A DNA stretch of 64,000 nucleotides from a bacterium (lineage in GTDB: Bacteria > Bacteroidota > Bacteroidia > Chitinophagales > Chitinophagaceae). This document shows, one piece after another, positions 27,240 to 36,114 of this stretch. A program made the translations under genes and the position numbers. The number at the start of each line of letters is the position of its first letter. The first letter of the stretch is position 1. The stretch covers positions 4,021-68,020 of the forward strand of contig JBKCFW010000192.1 of the NCBI GenBank assembly GCA_046303675.1. Reading direction: 5' to 3'. The notes under the pieces are model-generated. The model saw only the letters and a list, made by a program, of their open reading frames with translations, was not told the DNA's origin and made no database searches.

Positions 27240-28740
27240 TTTTATTTAGGAATAGTTGGGCATTGATTCGGTGAGCTTCTTTTTTTGAATCACTCATCTT
27301 GTCATATGTTCTGATGAGCATACCGAGTCGTGGATTTGAAAGAAAAAACCCTCTCTGCTTATTCATGAACTCCCAAAAGAGTCCATCCCATATCAAATCC
27401 CATCCAACCGCGCCTTCCTTTGGTTTTGGTTTCTTGTAATCACTCATCTTAAAGATATAATTACTTCCACTGATATAGGGTTTTGTAGTCATCAGTCCAC
27501 CATCTGCAAATTGTGTCATGCCGTATACATTAGGTACCATGACCCAGTCGTATGCGTCAATGAAGAGTTCCATGAACCACTTATATACTTCGTCGGGATC
27601 AAATTCGCACAGCAGGAAGAAGTTGCCAAGGATCATTAATCGTTCAATATGATGTGCATATCCGTTATCCAATACTTTGTGTATCACATCATCAACGGGA
27701 GCAATGCCTGTTGTGCCGTTGTAAAATGATGGTGGTATTTTTCTTTTGAAGCCCCAGAAATTGGTGGTCCGCTGCGCATTTCCTTTCATCTCATATACGA
27801 TCCTAATGAATTCTCGCCATCCAATTACTTGTCTGATGAATCCTTCGAGAGAATTCATCGGTATGCGGTTATTGATGACATGCTTGTTTACTTGATCAAT
27901 AATAGTATGGGGATTGATAAGTCCGTTGTTGATCATCGGTGAAAGAACGCTGTGGAAAATGAATTTTTCTTTCACAGCGATGGCGTCTTCATACGCACCA
28001 AAATCCTTGAATCTGTGTTTCAGGAAATCCTCCAACAAGTCAGTGCTTCCTGATGAGTTCCAGGCCCATGGGTAGTTACCTGATTTCGGTGTGATGTTTC
28101 CGGGATTGTTCGCATAGTTTTTTTTCGTGTATTGAATCGCCTCCTCAATACATGCATCTACTTCTGGAAATTCAATTGCAGGTATTGTTATTGTAGCCGC
28201 TAATTTTTCTCTGTTGTCAGCATCAAAGCTCCATTTACCGCCCATTGGCCCTCCATCTTCATCAATAAACAGTTTCAGCCTTTTTCTTTGTGCGATGTAA
28301 AAATCAGTTTGATGAAAATGTTTTTTGTTGTTGAAAAATGCTTTTCCAGTATTCAAGTCAGTAATGAAATTGGGGTTGTCATATACACAGCTTGTAAGCG
28401 AGTAACTTGAAATGGTTTTTTCGATCCTTCTTGTTAAGAGGTAGTCGGTCGGATCACAATAGTGAAAGGTTGTAACACCTTCATCTTTTAGAACCTTGAT
28501 AAGCTCAGATATCTGAGAAGTTTCCTGTGTTGATTCAATATAGTGTACGGTGTTTCCTTGTTGTACGAGTATGCGTTCGTAGTTCTTCATGCTCGAACGG
28601 TGCAGTATAATTTTTTGTTTGTGAAACTTATATTGATTGAAAAACAATTGCTCTTCGATCAGGTAGACGTGCCTGGTCTTATCAATAGCAGGGTGATCTG
28701 CGAATAGTTGATGTGGGAAAATCAATGTTACATCTGACAT
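27202..28740 (-). CDS. cryptochrome/photolyase-related protein (COG3046, FeS-BCP/(6-4)-photolyase-like lineage)
   Basis: 512 aa from the ATG at 28740 (MSDVTLIFPHQLF...). GYAHHIERLMILGNF, FIDAYDWVMVPNVYGM.QFADGG...TKPYISGSNYI.KMSDY. Confidence 0.85.
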   Translation of the reverse strand: MSDVTLIFPHQLFADHPAIDKTRHVYLIEEQLFFNQYKFHKQKIILHRSSMKNYERILVQQGNTVHYIESTQETSQISELIKVLKDEGVTTFHYCDPTDYLLTRRIEKTISSYSLTSCVYDNPNFITDLNTGKAFFNNKKHFHQTDFYIAQRKRLKLFIDEDGGPMGGKWSFDADNREKLAATITIPAIEFPEVDACIEEAIQYTKKNYANNPGNITPKSGNYPWAWNSSGSTDLLEDFLKHRFKDFGAYEDAIAVKEKFIFHSVLSPMINNGLINPHTIIDQVNKHVINNRIPMNSLEGFIRQVIGWREFIRIVYEMKGNAQRTTNFWGFKRKIPPSFYNGTTGIAPVDDVIHKVLDNGYAHHIERLMILGNFFLLCEFDPDEVYKWFMELFIDAYDWVMVPNVYGMTQFADGGLMTTKPYISGSNYIFKMSDYKKPKPKEGAVGWDLIWDGLFWEFMNKQRGFFLSNPRLGMLIRTYDKMSDSKKEAHRINAQLFLNKIDKEHEKAMEQS

Positions 28741-28792
28741 GTTCAGACAAAACAAATTTCTCTTTTAAATGTTTTGGTATTAAAAGAAGAAC

Positions 28793-29509
28793 ATGGAGAA
28801 ATTGCATGGAAAAAAGATAGTCGTTGCAGGAGCAACGGGGGGTATTGGTGCTCAGCTTGTCAAGTTGCTCCACCAGAGCGGAGCGGAGGTTTTTCTTACA
28901 GGAAGAAACCAGGAAAAGCTAGAACTTGTTGCATCCTCCTCTGGCATCTCCTCCACGCGAACCTTTGCTGCGGACATTGCTGATCCTGTTGCCGTTCAGA
29001 ACATGGCGGAAGCAGTTTTTGCCGCCTTCGGTACTCCAGATATATTGATCAATGCAGCTGGCTTAGGAATCATAAAATCTATTGATAATCTCAGTCTTGA
29101 TGATTTCAACCGTTCATTACAGACCAATCTTGTTGGCAGTTTTCTCTTGGTAAAGGCTTTTCTTCCCGCAATGAAAGAGGCGAAGAAGGGACTTATCATT
29201 AACATCCCGGGTGTGTTGGGGAAAGTGCCAATGGCAGGCGCTGCTGCTTATTCGGCCAGTAAATATGGCATTGTTGGTATGATGCAAAGTATCCGTGAGG
29301 AATTAAAAAGGACTGAGATCAGGATCACCAATTTGTTTTTGGGAGGTGTTGATTCGCCTTTTTGGGATACGATCGACCTGAAGGTCCAGAAAGAAAAGAT
29401 GATCCGTGAAGAAGAAGCTGCAAGAGCAATTTGGTTTCTTTGTCAGCAGCCTGCCAGTGGTGTTGTAAGTGAAATGGTGCTGCAGCCTTTCAATCATCAG
29501 GCAATATGA
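28793..29509 (+). CDS. SDR-family oxidoreductase
   Basis: 238 aa. GATGGIGAQL, NAAG, YSASK. Confidence 0.9.
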   Translation: MEKLHGKKIVVAGATGGIGAQLVKLLHQSGAEVFLTGRNQEKLELVASSSGISSTRTFAADIADPVAVQNMAEAVFAAFGTPDILINAAGLGIIKSIDNLSLDDFNRSLQTNLVGSFLLVKAFLPAMKEAKKGLIINIPGVLGKVPMAGAAAYSASKYGIVGMMQSIREELKRTEIRITNLFLGGVDSPFWDTIDLKVQKEKMIREEEAARAIWFLCQQPASGVVSEMVLQPFNHQAI

Positions 29510-30901
29510 TCAAAGCATGATGCCTCTTAAAAATAGATAAGCGCAATTGAAATAAATGATCACCCCTGTTACGTCCACCAACGTAGCAACAAACGGGGCT
29601 GAAGATACTGCAGGGTCAGCGCCAAGTTTTTTCAGTACGATCGGCAACATTGATCCGGTGATCGTTCCAAACATCACAACTCCGATCAATGAAATGCCTA
29701 CAACCGAAGCGATCAACAGATAGTGGTCGCCATACACTTCGGGAAATATTTGTGACCATAGGGCAACGCGCACAAAACCAATGATGCCCAAAACAGTTCC
29801 GAGTAATAGTCCGGATATGATCTCTCTTTTCATTACGTTCCACCAATCGGAGAGTGTTACCTCGCCGACAGTGAGTGCCTGTATGATCAATGAGGATGCT
29901 TGTGAACCTGTGTTGCCGCCGCTTGAAATGATAAGGGGAATAAACAAGGAGAGCACCAATGCTTTTTCGAGTGCAAGTTCATAGGATGCCATTGCAGTCG
30001 CTGTAAGCATTTCGCCAAGAAAAAGCACAATCAGCCAACCAACCCTTTTTTTAAACAGTCTGAATATGGATATTTCCAAATAAGGTTCGTCAAGCGCTTC
30101 AGTACCTCCCATTTTTTGCATATCCTCACTGAACTCTTCATTGGCAACCCACAGCACGTCATCAATGGTTACGATCCCCAGCATGATGTTGCTGTTGTCA
30201 ACCACCGGCAAAGCCACCCTGTTGTTCATCTTAAAGACCTGATTGGCCATTTCCTGATCGTCGTTCACGTTGAGTGCTATGTATCTACCATCTGTAAGAT
30301 CACTGACGATTCTTTCAGGAGACGACAACAGGAATTCTCTGATCCTTACGTCATCTACCAATTGTCCCTGTTTATTTACAACATAGATAACATCGATCGT
30401 TTCACTGGATTTACCATACTTCCTGATATGTTCCAACACCTCAGCGGTGGTCCAATCCGGCTGCACCGCAATGTAATCCGGCGTCATGAGTCGGCCCACA
30501 CTGCTTTCAGGGTATCCCAGCAGAGACAATGTGATCTTACGCTCTTCGGGGTTAAGGAGTTTTATCAATTCCCTCACCGCTTCTGTAGGCAATTCTTCCA
30601 GAAATGCAGTACGATCATCCGCTGGCAATTCGTTCAGCAATGCGGCAGTTTTGAGGGGTTGAAGTTCTTGGATGACCACTTTCTGTATTCCAAGTTCAAT
30701 GATCTTGAATGTGCTGGCAGCCCTATGAACAGATAAAGAGGCAATGATGTCAGTGGCTTGATCTTCGTTTTCTTCAATAAGCACAGCAACATCGCTGATG
30801 TTGAGGTTGTTCAGAAACTCATGCATACGCATCTTGTCCTCTTCCTGGAGGATGCGCTCAAATGCTTCCTGAATTTCAAGGTTGTTGACAACCTGGCTCA
30901 T
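29510..30901 (-). CDS. mgtE: magnesium transporter MgtE
   Basis: 463 aa. N-domain, CBS pair and C-terminal five-TM channel with ...GN.G.Q.... Confidence 0.93.
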   Translation of the reverse strand: MSQVVNNLEIQEAFERILQEEDKMRMHEFLNNLNISDVAVLIEENEDQATDIIASLSVHRAASTFKIIELGIQKVVIQELQPLKTAALLNELPADDRTAFLEELPTEAVRELIKLLNPEERKITLSLLGYPESSVGRLMTPDYIAVQPDWTTAEVLEHIRKYGKSSETIDVIYVVNKQGQLVDDVRIREFLLSSPERIVSDLTDGRYIALNVNDDQEMANQVFKMNNRVALPVVDNSNIMLGIVTIDDVLWVANEEFSEDMQKMGGTEALDEPYLEISIFRLFKKRVGWLIVLFLGEMLTATAMASYELALEKALVLSLFIPLIISSGGNTGSQASSLIIQALTVGEVTLSDWWNVMKREIISGLLLGTVLGIIGFVRVALWSQIFPEVYGDHYLLIASVVGISLIGVVMFGTITGSMLPIVLKKLGADPAVSSAPFVATLVDVTGVIIYFNCAYLFLRGIML

Positions 30902-30998
30902 TGTGATGATTTATTTCGGCTAAATTAAACATACTTTTTAAGCCAGCCATAATAAGTTGATACGCTCTTGAAACTTCTGCTGAGATGTGCAAGTTTCT

Positions 30999-31006
30999 TA
31001 CCTTTG
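30999..31006 (+). promoter_or_regulatory. -7 box TACCTTTG upstream of aroK
   Basis: Exact TAnnTTTG match 51 nt upstream of the ATG at 31058. Confidence 0.4.
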
Positions 31007-31057
31007 AGTTAAACAGAGATGTTTCAGGATAAGGCATAGGATGTAATCACTTTTTCT

Positions 31058-31609
31058 ATGATCATTTTTTTGATAGGTTTCATGGGGTCGGGAAAATCTT
31101 ACTATGCCGACAAAATAGCATCTTTCATGGGTGTTCCGTACATTGACCTTGATGCTGCCATTGAGCAAGATCAGGGGAGGTCCATTACTGATATTTTTGC
31201 ACAACAGGGAGAAGCTGAATTCAGGAGTATTGAAGCCCGTACGCTAAGGGATAAGGTTGCTTTTTTATCTGCACAAGCAACAGCTTCATCGTCTTTGGTT
31301 CAACAAGGAAATTTCACTGGATTGATTGCCTGCGGAGGAGGTACACCCTGTTTTCATGAAAACATGAAGTGGATGAATGAGCATGGGCTGACTGTCTGGA
31401 TCAATCCTCCAGTCGATGTGCTCAAGAGGCGTCTCATAACAGAAAAAGCAAACAGGCCCTTGATCGCAGGGTTGGATGATGAGGCATTCGATGAGTTCAT
31501 TGAAACCCAGCTTCAGAAAAGAGACAGGTATTATGCGCAGGCAGCAATACAGGTTAATGATCCTGGGATGCCTATAGAAGAAATCATAAAAAAAATTCAA
31601 CATGCATAG
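31058..31609 (+). CDS. aroK: shikimate kinase
   Basis: 183 aa. IFLIGFMGSGKS Walker A, FR..E, CGGG. Confidence 0.88.
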   Translation: MIIFLIGFMGSGKSYYADKIASFMGVPYIDLDAAIEQDQGRSITDIFAQQGEAEFRSIEARTLRDKVAFLSAQATASSSLVQQGNFTGLIACGGGTPCFHENMKWMNEHGLTVWINPPVDVLKRRLITEKANRPLIAGLDDEAFDEFIETQLQKRDRYYAQAAIQVNDPGMPIEEIIKKIQHA

Positions 31610-32021
31610 GGTATTATTTAAAGTGGCTGCGTTGCTCGCAACTTTATCAGTAATGTTGGGGGCTTTTGGAGCACATCTTTTCAAGAGGCATTTATCTGCC
31701 GAGGACCTGAGTAGTTTTAACACCGCAGTAACTTACCAGATGACGCATGCAATTGGGATCTTTATTGCAGGAATTCTGTTCAAACACTATTTGAATCAAC
31801 GATTGATCTGGGCTGGATATTTTTTTACAGCGGGTGTTCTCCTCTTTTCTGGTTCCATTTATTCAAGACTCCTGTTTAATTTCCTTCAACTGGGTTATGG
31901 AAATAAAATAATCATGTTGGCTCCATTGGGAGGTGTCTTGTTCATGCTTGGCTGGTTGCTTATTTTTATAGCTGTGCCAAGTAAGAGGCATGTTGTTTAT
32001 AAACACCGCGAAAAGGATTGA
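31602..32021 (+). CDS. DUF423 (YgdD-like) small membrane protein
   Basis: 139 aa with four hydrophobic helices. ...LGAFGAH... signature. Overlaps the aroK stop by 8 nt. Confidence 0.8.
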   Translation: MHRVLFKVAALLATLSVMLGAFGAHLFKRHLSAEDLSSFNTAVTYQMTHAIGIFIAGILFKHYLNQRLIWAGYFFTAGVLLFSGSIYSRLLFNFLQLGYGNKIIMLAPLGGVLFMLGWLLIFIAVPSKRHVVYKHREKD

Positions 32022-32075
32022 TCCTGTTCCATATTATCAGGCCTGAACTTCGATCAATTTAAGCTGAAATAAATG

Positions 32076-32083
32076 TATTTTTG
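32076..32083 (+). promoter_or_regulatory. -7 box TATTTTTG upstream of ftsK
   Basis: Exact TAnnTTTG match 48 nt upstream of the ATG at 32132. Confidence 0.4.
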
Positions 32084-32131
32084 AATAAGTTACAAGGCAA
32101 ACAACCAATTTTAAACATTGATCAATAGCAC

Positions 32132-34606
32132 ATGGGCAATCGATTAAAATCTCCCAAGCCATCAATAGATCCTGAAGTACTGTTGGAGGACAAGGAAGAA
32201 GAGGTTGAGGTTAAATCGTTGGTAAAAGATGAGAGGACTCAGAAGATCATTGGTTCTTTGCTGCTGTTTCTTTGTTTTTTTCTATTCGTTGCATTTACCT
32301 CATATCTATTTACATGGATGGAGGATCAGGACAAGGTGAGGAACACCGGCGTTAGGATCCTCATGCCCAATGAACTTGAGATCAGCAATCAGCTTGGAAG
32401 CTTTGGGGCATATGTGTCTTTTCTTTTTTTTGAATATGGTTTTGGTATCGCCTCATTTCTATTTTGTTCACTGTTTTTTGTACTAGGGATAAATCTATTG
32501 TTTGACAGGACTGTTTTTTCTGTGTGGCGAAACCTTCGCTACCTGATCATGGGGTTGTTGGTCATCAGTGTCAGTGCTTCTTTCTTCACGCCTGATGCAT
32601 CGTTCAATTGGGGAGGTGCATTTGGTAAATTCGCTGCCGGTTGGCTGACTGCAGTGGTCGGAAAATTGGGCACCATGGCATTGATCTCTGTTTCTCTATT
32701 CTCCTATATTATTTGGAGATTCAATCCTGTATTTAAATGGCCGGTGTGGAAGAAAACGCCTGCTGATACAGATAACAACATCCCAGTCTCTGTCCTTAAT
32801 GATATTGAAACTGATCCAGAGGTGATACAACCGAGGCTTGACCTGACAGAAGGGAATTCATTAAAGAGCGATGAAGCAACGCTACAAATAAAGCAGTTGG
32901 ATCAACCTGAAACGACATCGGCGCTCATCGAAAAAAATCAAATGCCCGAACTTATTGTTGAAGATGTTAAGACATTAAATGATATACTTGCTGAAACTCC
33001 AGCTCATGTTGAATCAGCTGACGAGTTGCCTTTGGAGATCAAACCTGTTCCAGAGCAAAAAGATACTGGTCTTTCGCCCAAAGCTGCTGCCGTATTGGCT
33101 TCCCCTAAATTTGATCCTATCGCAGACCTAAAAGGATATAAATATCCTTCATTGGATCTTCTCGCACAACATGGGGGAGAGAAGATCATCATGGATCAGA
33201 ATGAACTTGAGGCCAACAAGACGCAGATCATGAACACCCTCAAGAATTATGACATTGAAATTCAAAAGATTTTTGCAACTGTCGGTCCAACAGTGACTTT
33301 ATACGAGATCGTACCGGCTGCTGGGGTTAGAATTTCACGCATAAAAAATCTTGAGGATGATATCGCCTTGAGTTTATCAGCTCTTGGCATTAGGATCATT
33401 GCACCGATACCCGGAAAGGGTACAATCGGTATTGAAGTTCCGAATGTCAAGAAAAGTGTTGTCGGCATGCGTGCATTGCTCAGTTCTGACAAGTTTCAAA
33501 AAAATGATTTTGCGCTTCCAATTGCATTGGGTAAGAAGATCGATAATGAAAACTTCATTGTTGATCTCGCCTCCATGCCACACCTCTTGATGGCGGGAGC
33601 TACCGGTCAGGGTAAATCAGTTGGATTGAACGCGATCCTGGTTTCTTTGCTGTATAAAAAACATCCATCGCAACTGAAGTTCGTGCTTGTTGACCCTAAA
33701 AAAGTAGAACTCAGCATTTATAGAATTATTGAGAAACATTTTTTGGCAAAGCTGCCCGGTGAGGATGATGCGATCATAACAGATACCAGAAAGGTGGTCA
33801 ATACACTTACCGCATTGTGTATTGAGATGGATGATCGATACAATCTTTTAAAAGATGCAGGCTGCCGCAATATTAGAGAATACAACAGCAAGTTTGTTGA
33901 AAGAAAGCTTAATCCTGAAAAGGGACACAAGTTTCTTCCTTTCATCGTACTTGTGATCGATGAGTTTGCAGATCTTATCATGACCGCCGGAAAAGAGATC
34001 GAGACTCCTATCGCCCGTTTGGCACAGCTTGCAAGGGCCGTGGGTATACATTTGATCGTTGCCACGCAACGTCCTTCAGTTAATATCATTACCGGTACGA
34101 TCAAGGCTAATTTCCCTGCACGTATCGCATTTAAGGTTTCTTCCAAAGTTGATAGCCGAACGATCCTTGATATCGGAGGAGCAGAACAATTGATCGGAAG
34201 AGGGGATATGCTTGTTTCATATATGGGTGAGGTTACCCGTGTACAGTGTGCTTTTGTAGACACGCCAGAAGTGGAGAAGGTGGTCGATTTTATTGGTAAT
34301 CAGCAGGGCTATCCATCTGCTTTGGAACTTCCAGAGGTTATCGATGAAAGAGACATGGATGATCGGGAGCTCGATCCGTTAAGCAAAGATCCCTTGTTCA
34401 ATGATGCAGCACTCTTGATCGTTCAAAGTCAGATGGGATCCACTTCTTTGATACAACGAAGGTTGAAGTTAGGGTATAATCGTGCAGGCCGACTGATGGA
34501 TCAGCTTGAGGCTGCGGGGATTGTCGGACCAAGTAAAGGCAGTAAAGTCAGGGAGGTATTATTTAAAACGGAGTATGAACTCGATCAGTTCTTGAAATCA
34601 ATGTAA
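32132..34606 (+). CDS. ftsK: DNA translocase FtsK/SpoIIIE
   Basis: 824 aa. N-terminal TM segments, linker, motor domain with GATGQGKS and VIDE.ADL, and a C-terminal gamma winged helix (LIQRRLKLGYNRAGRLMDQLE). Confidence 0.96.
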   Translation: MGNRLKSPKPSIDPEVLLEDKEEEVEVKSLVKDERTQKIIGSLLLFLCFFLFVAFTSYLFTWMEDQDKVRNTGVRILMPNELEISNQLGSFGAYVSFLFFEYGFGIASFLFCSLFFVLGINLLFDRTVFSVWRNLRYLIMGLLVISVSASFFTPDASFNWGGAFGKFAAGWLTAVVGKLGTMALISVSLFSYIIWRFNPVFKWPVWKKTPADTDNNIPVSVLNDIETDPEVIQPRLDLTEGNSLKSDEATLQIKQLDQPETTSALIEKNQMPELIVEDVKTLNDILAETPAHVESADELPLEIKPVPEQKDTGLSPKAAAVLASPKFDPIADLKGYKYPSLDLLAQHGGEKIIMDQNELEANKTQIMNTLKNYDIEIQKIFATVGPTVTLYEIVPAAGVRISRIKNLEDDIALSLSALGIRIIAPIPGKGTIGIEVPNVKKSVVGMRALLSSDKFQKNDFALPIALGKKIDNENFIVDLASMPHLLMAGATGQGKSVGLNAILVSLLYKKHPSQLKFVLVDPKKVELSIYRIIEKHFLAKLPGEDDAIITDTRKVVNTLTALCIEMDDRYNLLKDAGCRNIREYNSKFVERKLNPEKGHKFLPFIVLVIDEFADLIMTAGKEIETPIARLAQLARAVGIHLIVATQRPSVNIITGTIKANFPARIAFKVSSKVDSRTILDIGGAEQLIGRGDMLVSYMGEVTRVQCAFVDTPEVEKVVDFIGNQQGYPSALELPEVIDERDMDDRELDPLSKDPLFNDAALLIVQSQMGSTSLIQRRLKLGYNRAGRLMDQLEAAGIVGPSKGSKVREVLFKTEYELDQFLKSM

Positions 34607-34665
34607 TAGTCTTTTCTTTGTAGTTGATTATAAAAAGGCCTTTTTCCTAAAAAACAATAGCCATC

Positions 34666-35337
34666 ATGCTTAAAAGATTTTCAATATTGTACTTCTTTTT
34701 CTTGTTTGTAATTGGTGCAGCGTCTGCTCAGAACAACAAAGGGATTGGTAAGAGTGACCCTGAGGCAAAGAAAGTACTTGATGCAGTCAGTGAAAAGTTT
34801 AAAACATTCAAAACCGTTAAGGCAGGATTTTCTCTTAAAATTGAAAATGCTGCAGGTAAGGTTCAGGGTACAAAAACTGGAACTGTGATGATGAAAGGGG
34901 TTAAATACAGGGTTTCTTTGACTGGCCAGGAGATCTTTTGTGATGGTTCAACCATATGGAGTTATGATGCTGGGGCCAACGAAGTTCAGATTACAACACT
35001 GGATAACAGCAGTGGTTCTATTACTCCACAGAAACTGTTTACGAATTTTTATGACAAGGATTTTTTGTTCATGTTAAATCCTGATGTCAAGCGTGCCGGA
35101 AAGACTTTTCAGGTCATTGAATTAACGCCCATCGATAAGACAAAGCCGTTTTTTAAGGTGCTTGTTGAAGTGGATAAAGCATCAAAAATAATTACCTCTA
35201 CCCAAGTGTTTGAAAAGAGTGGGAACAGGTATTTGTATGCGATCAATTCAATGTCCACCAATTCATCTATAACGGATGACAACTTTACTTTCAACGCAAA
35301 AAAATACCCAGGTGTTGAAGTGATCGATCTGCGTTGA
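34666..35337 (+). CDS. lolA: LolA-like outer-membrane lipoprotein carrier protein
   Basis: 223 aa with a signal peptide. Conserved position after ftsK and the F.Q pattern of the LolA fold. Confidence 0.75.
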   Translation: MLKRFSILYFFFLFVIGAASAQNNKGIGKSDPEAKKVLDAVSEKFKTFKTVKAGFSLKIENAAGKVQGTKTGTVMMKGVKYRVSLTGQEIFCDGSTIWSYDAGANEVQITTLDNSSGSITPQKLFTNFYDKDFLFMLNPDVKRAGKTFQVIELTPIDKTKPFFKVLVEVDKASKIITSTQVFEKSGNRYLYAINSMSTNSSITDDNFTFNAKKYPGVEVIDLR

Positions 35338-35342
35338 TCATA

Positions 35343-35900
35343 CTATTGTCCCCAACGGTATGTATTGATTTCAAAACCTGCCAGATCCAAGACCCTGTCA
35401 ACCACAGTTAGCGCAACTTCTTCAACCGACTTCGGTTTGCTGTAGAAAGAAGGAGTTGCTGGACAAATTATTCCACCTGCCAGCGTAACGTTTTCCATAT
35501 TGCGGATATGTATCAGGTTGTAAGGGGTTTCCCTGACAACACAGATCAGTTTTCTCCGCTCTTTTAAAATAACATCTGCCGCTCTTGTGATCAGGTCATT
35601 TGAAGTTCCAGATCCTACCCTTGCGAGGGTTCCCATGGAACAGGGTATGATGATCATGGTATCGTATCTGCCCGAACCTGAAGCAAAGGGGGCATTGAAA
35701 TCATTTTTTCCATAGACTTGAAATTCCAGATTGCTATGCTCTTGATTACCCAACTCTGTTTCCCACACCTCTTTGGCATTGTCTGAAAACACAACAGCGA
35801 TTTCCTGCCACTGACCCTTTAATACTTTAAGCTTGGCCAGTAACAGCTGTGCATATATCGAACCACTGGCACCAGTTACTGCGATCACTATTTTTCTCAT
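35343..35900 (-). CDS. ubiX: flavin prenyltransferase UbiX
   Basis: ATG at 35900 (MRKIVIAVTGASGSIYA...). PCSM.TLA, and ERRKLI.V.RETP. Confidence 0.92.
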   Translation of the reverse strand: MRKIVIAVTGASGSIYAQLLLAKLKVLKGQWQEIAVVFSDNAKEVWETELGNQEHSNLEFQVYGKNDFNAPFASGSGRYDTMIIIPCSMGTLARVGSGTSNDLITRAADVILKERRKLICVVRETPYNLIHIRNMENVTLAGGIICPATPSFYSKPKSVEEVALTVVDRVLDLAGFEINTYRWGQ

Positions 35901-36082
35901 ACTTGCTTTTATTGAATTGATAACACCAGACAATGGAAAAGGTTAGGACAAACTGGTTTTGTGGCCAGGATTTTTATCAAGCACCACGCAATATTTTGAT
36001 GAAAACCACGTTTTAGATATGGTTTTTCAAAGGATATTGGATTTAATACGGGGCTGGATGTCTATCCGGCCCTCTTTCATGT

Positions 36083-36105
36083 AAAATCCCCGCCAATTGG
36101 CAGGG
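36083..36105 (-). terminator. possible terminator after the AONS-like gene
   Basis: On the minus strand: ccctgcc-AATT-ggcgggg (one G-U pair) followed by ATTTT. The U-tract is short. Confidence 0.35.
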
Positions 36106-36114
36106 ATAGTTGTT

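Noticed and set aside
30902-31057. Possible Mg2+ (M-box) riboswitch in the 156-nt region upstream of mgtE.
   Set aside because: The region is AT-rich and I could find no extended multi-helix structure. It must also accommodate the divergent aroK promoter. It is too short and unstructured for an M-box. An Infernal scan would settle this.
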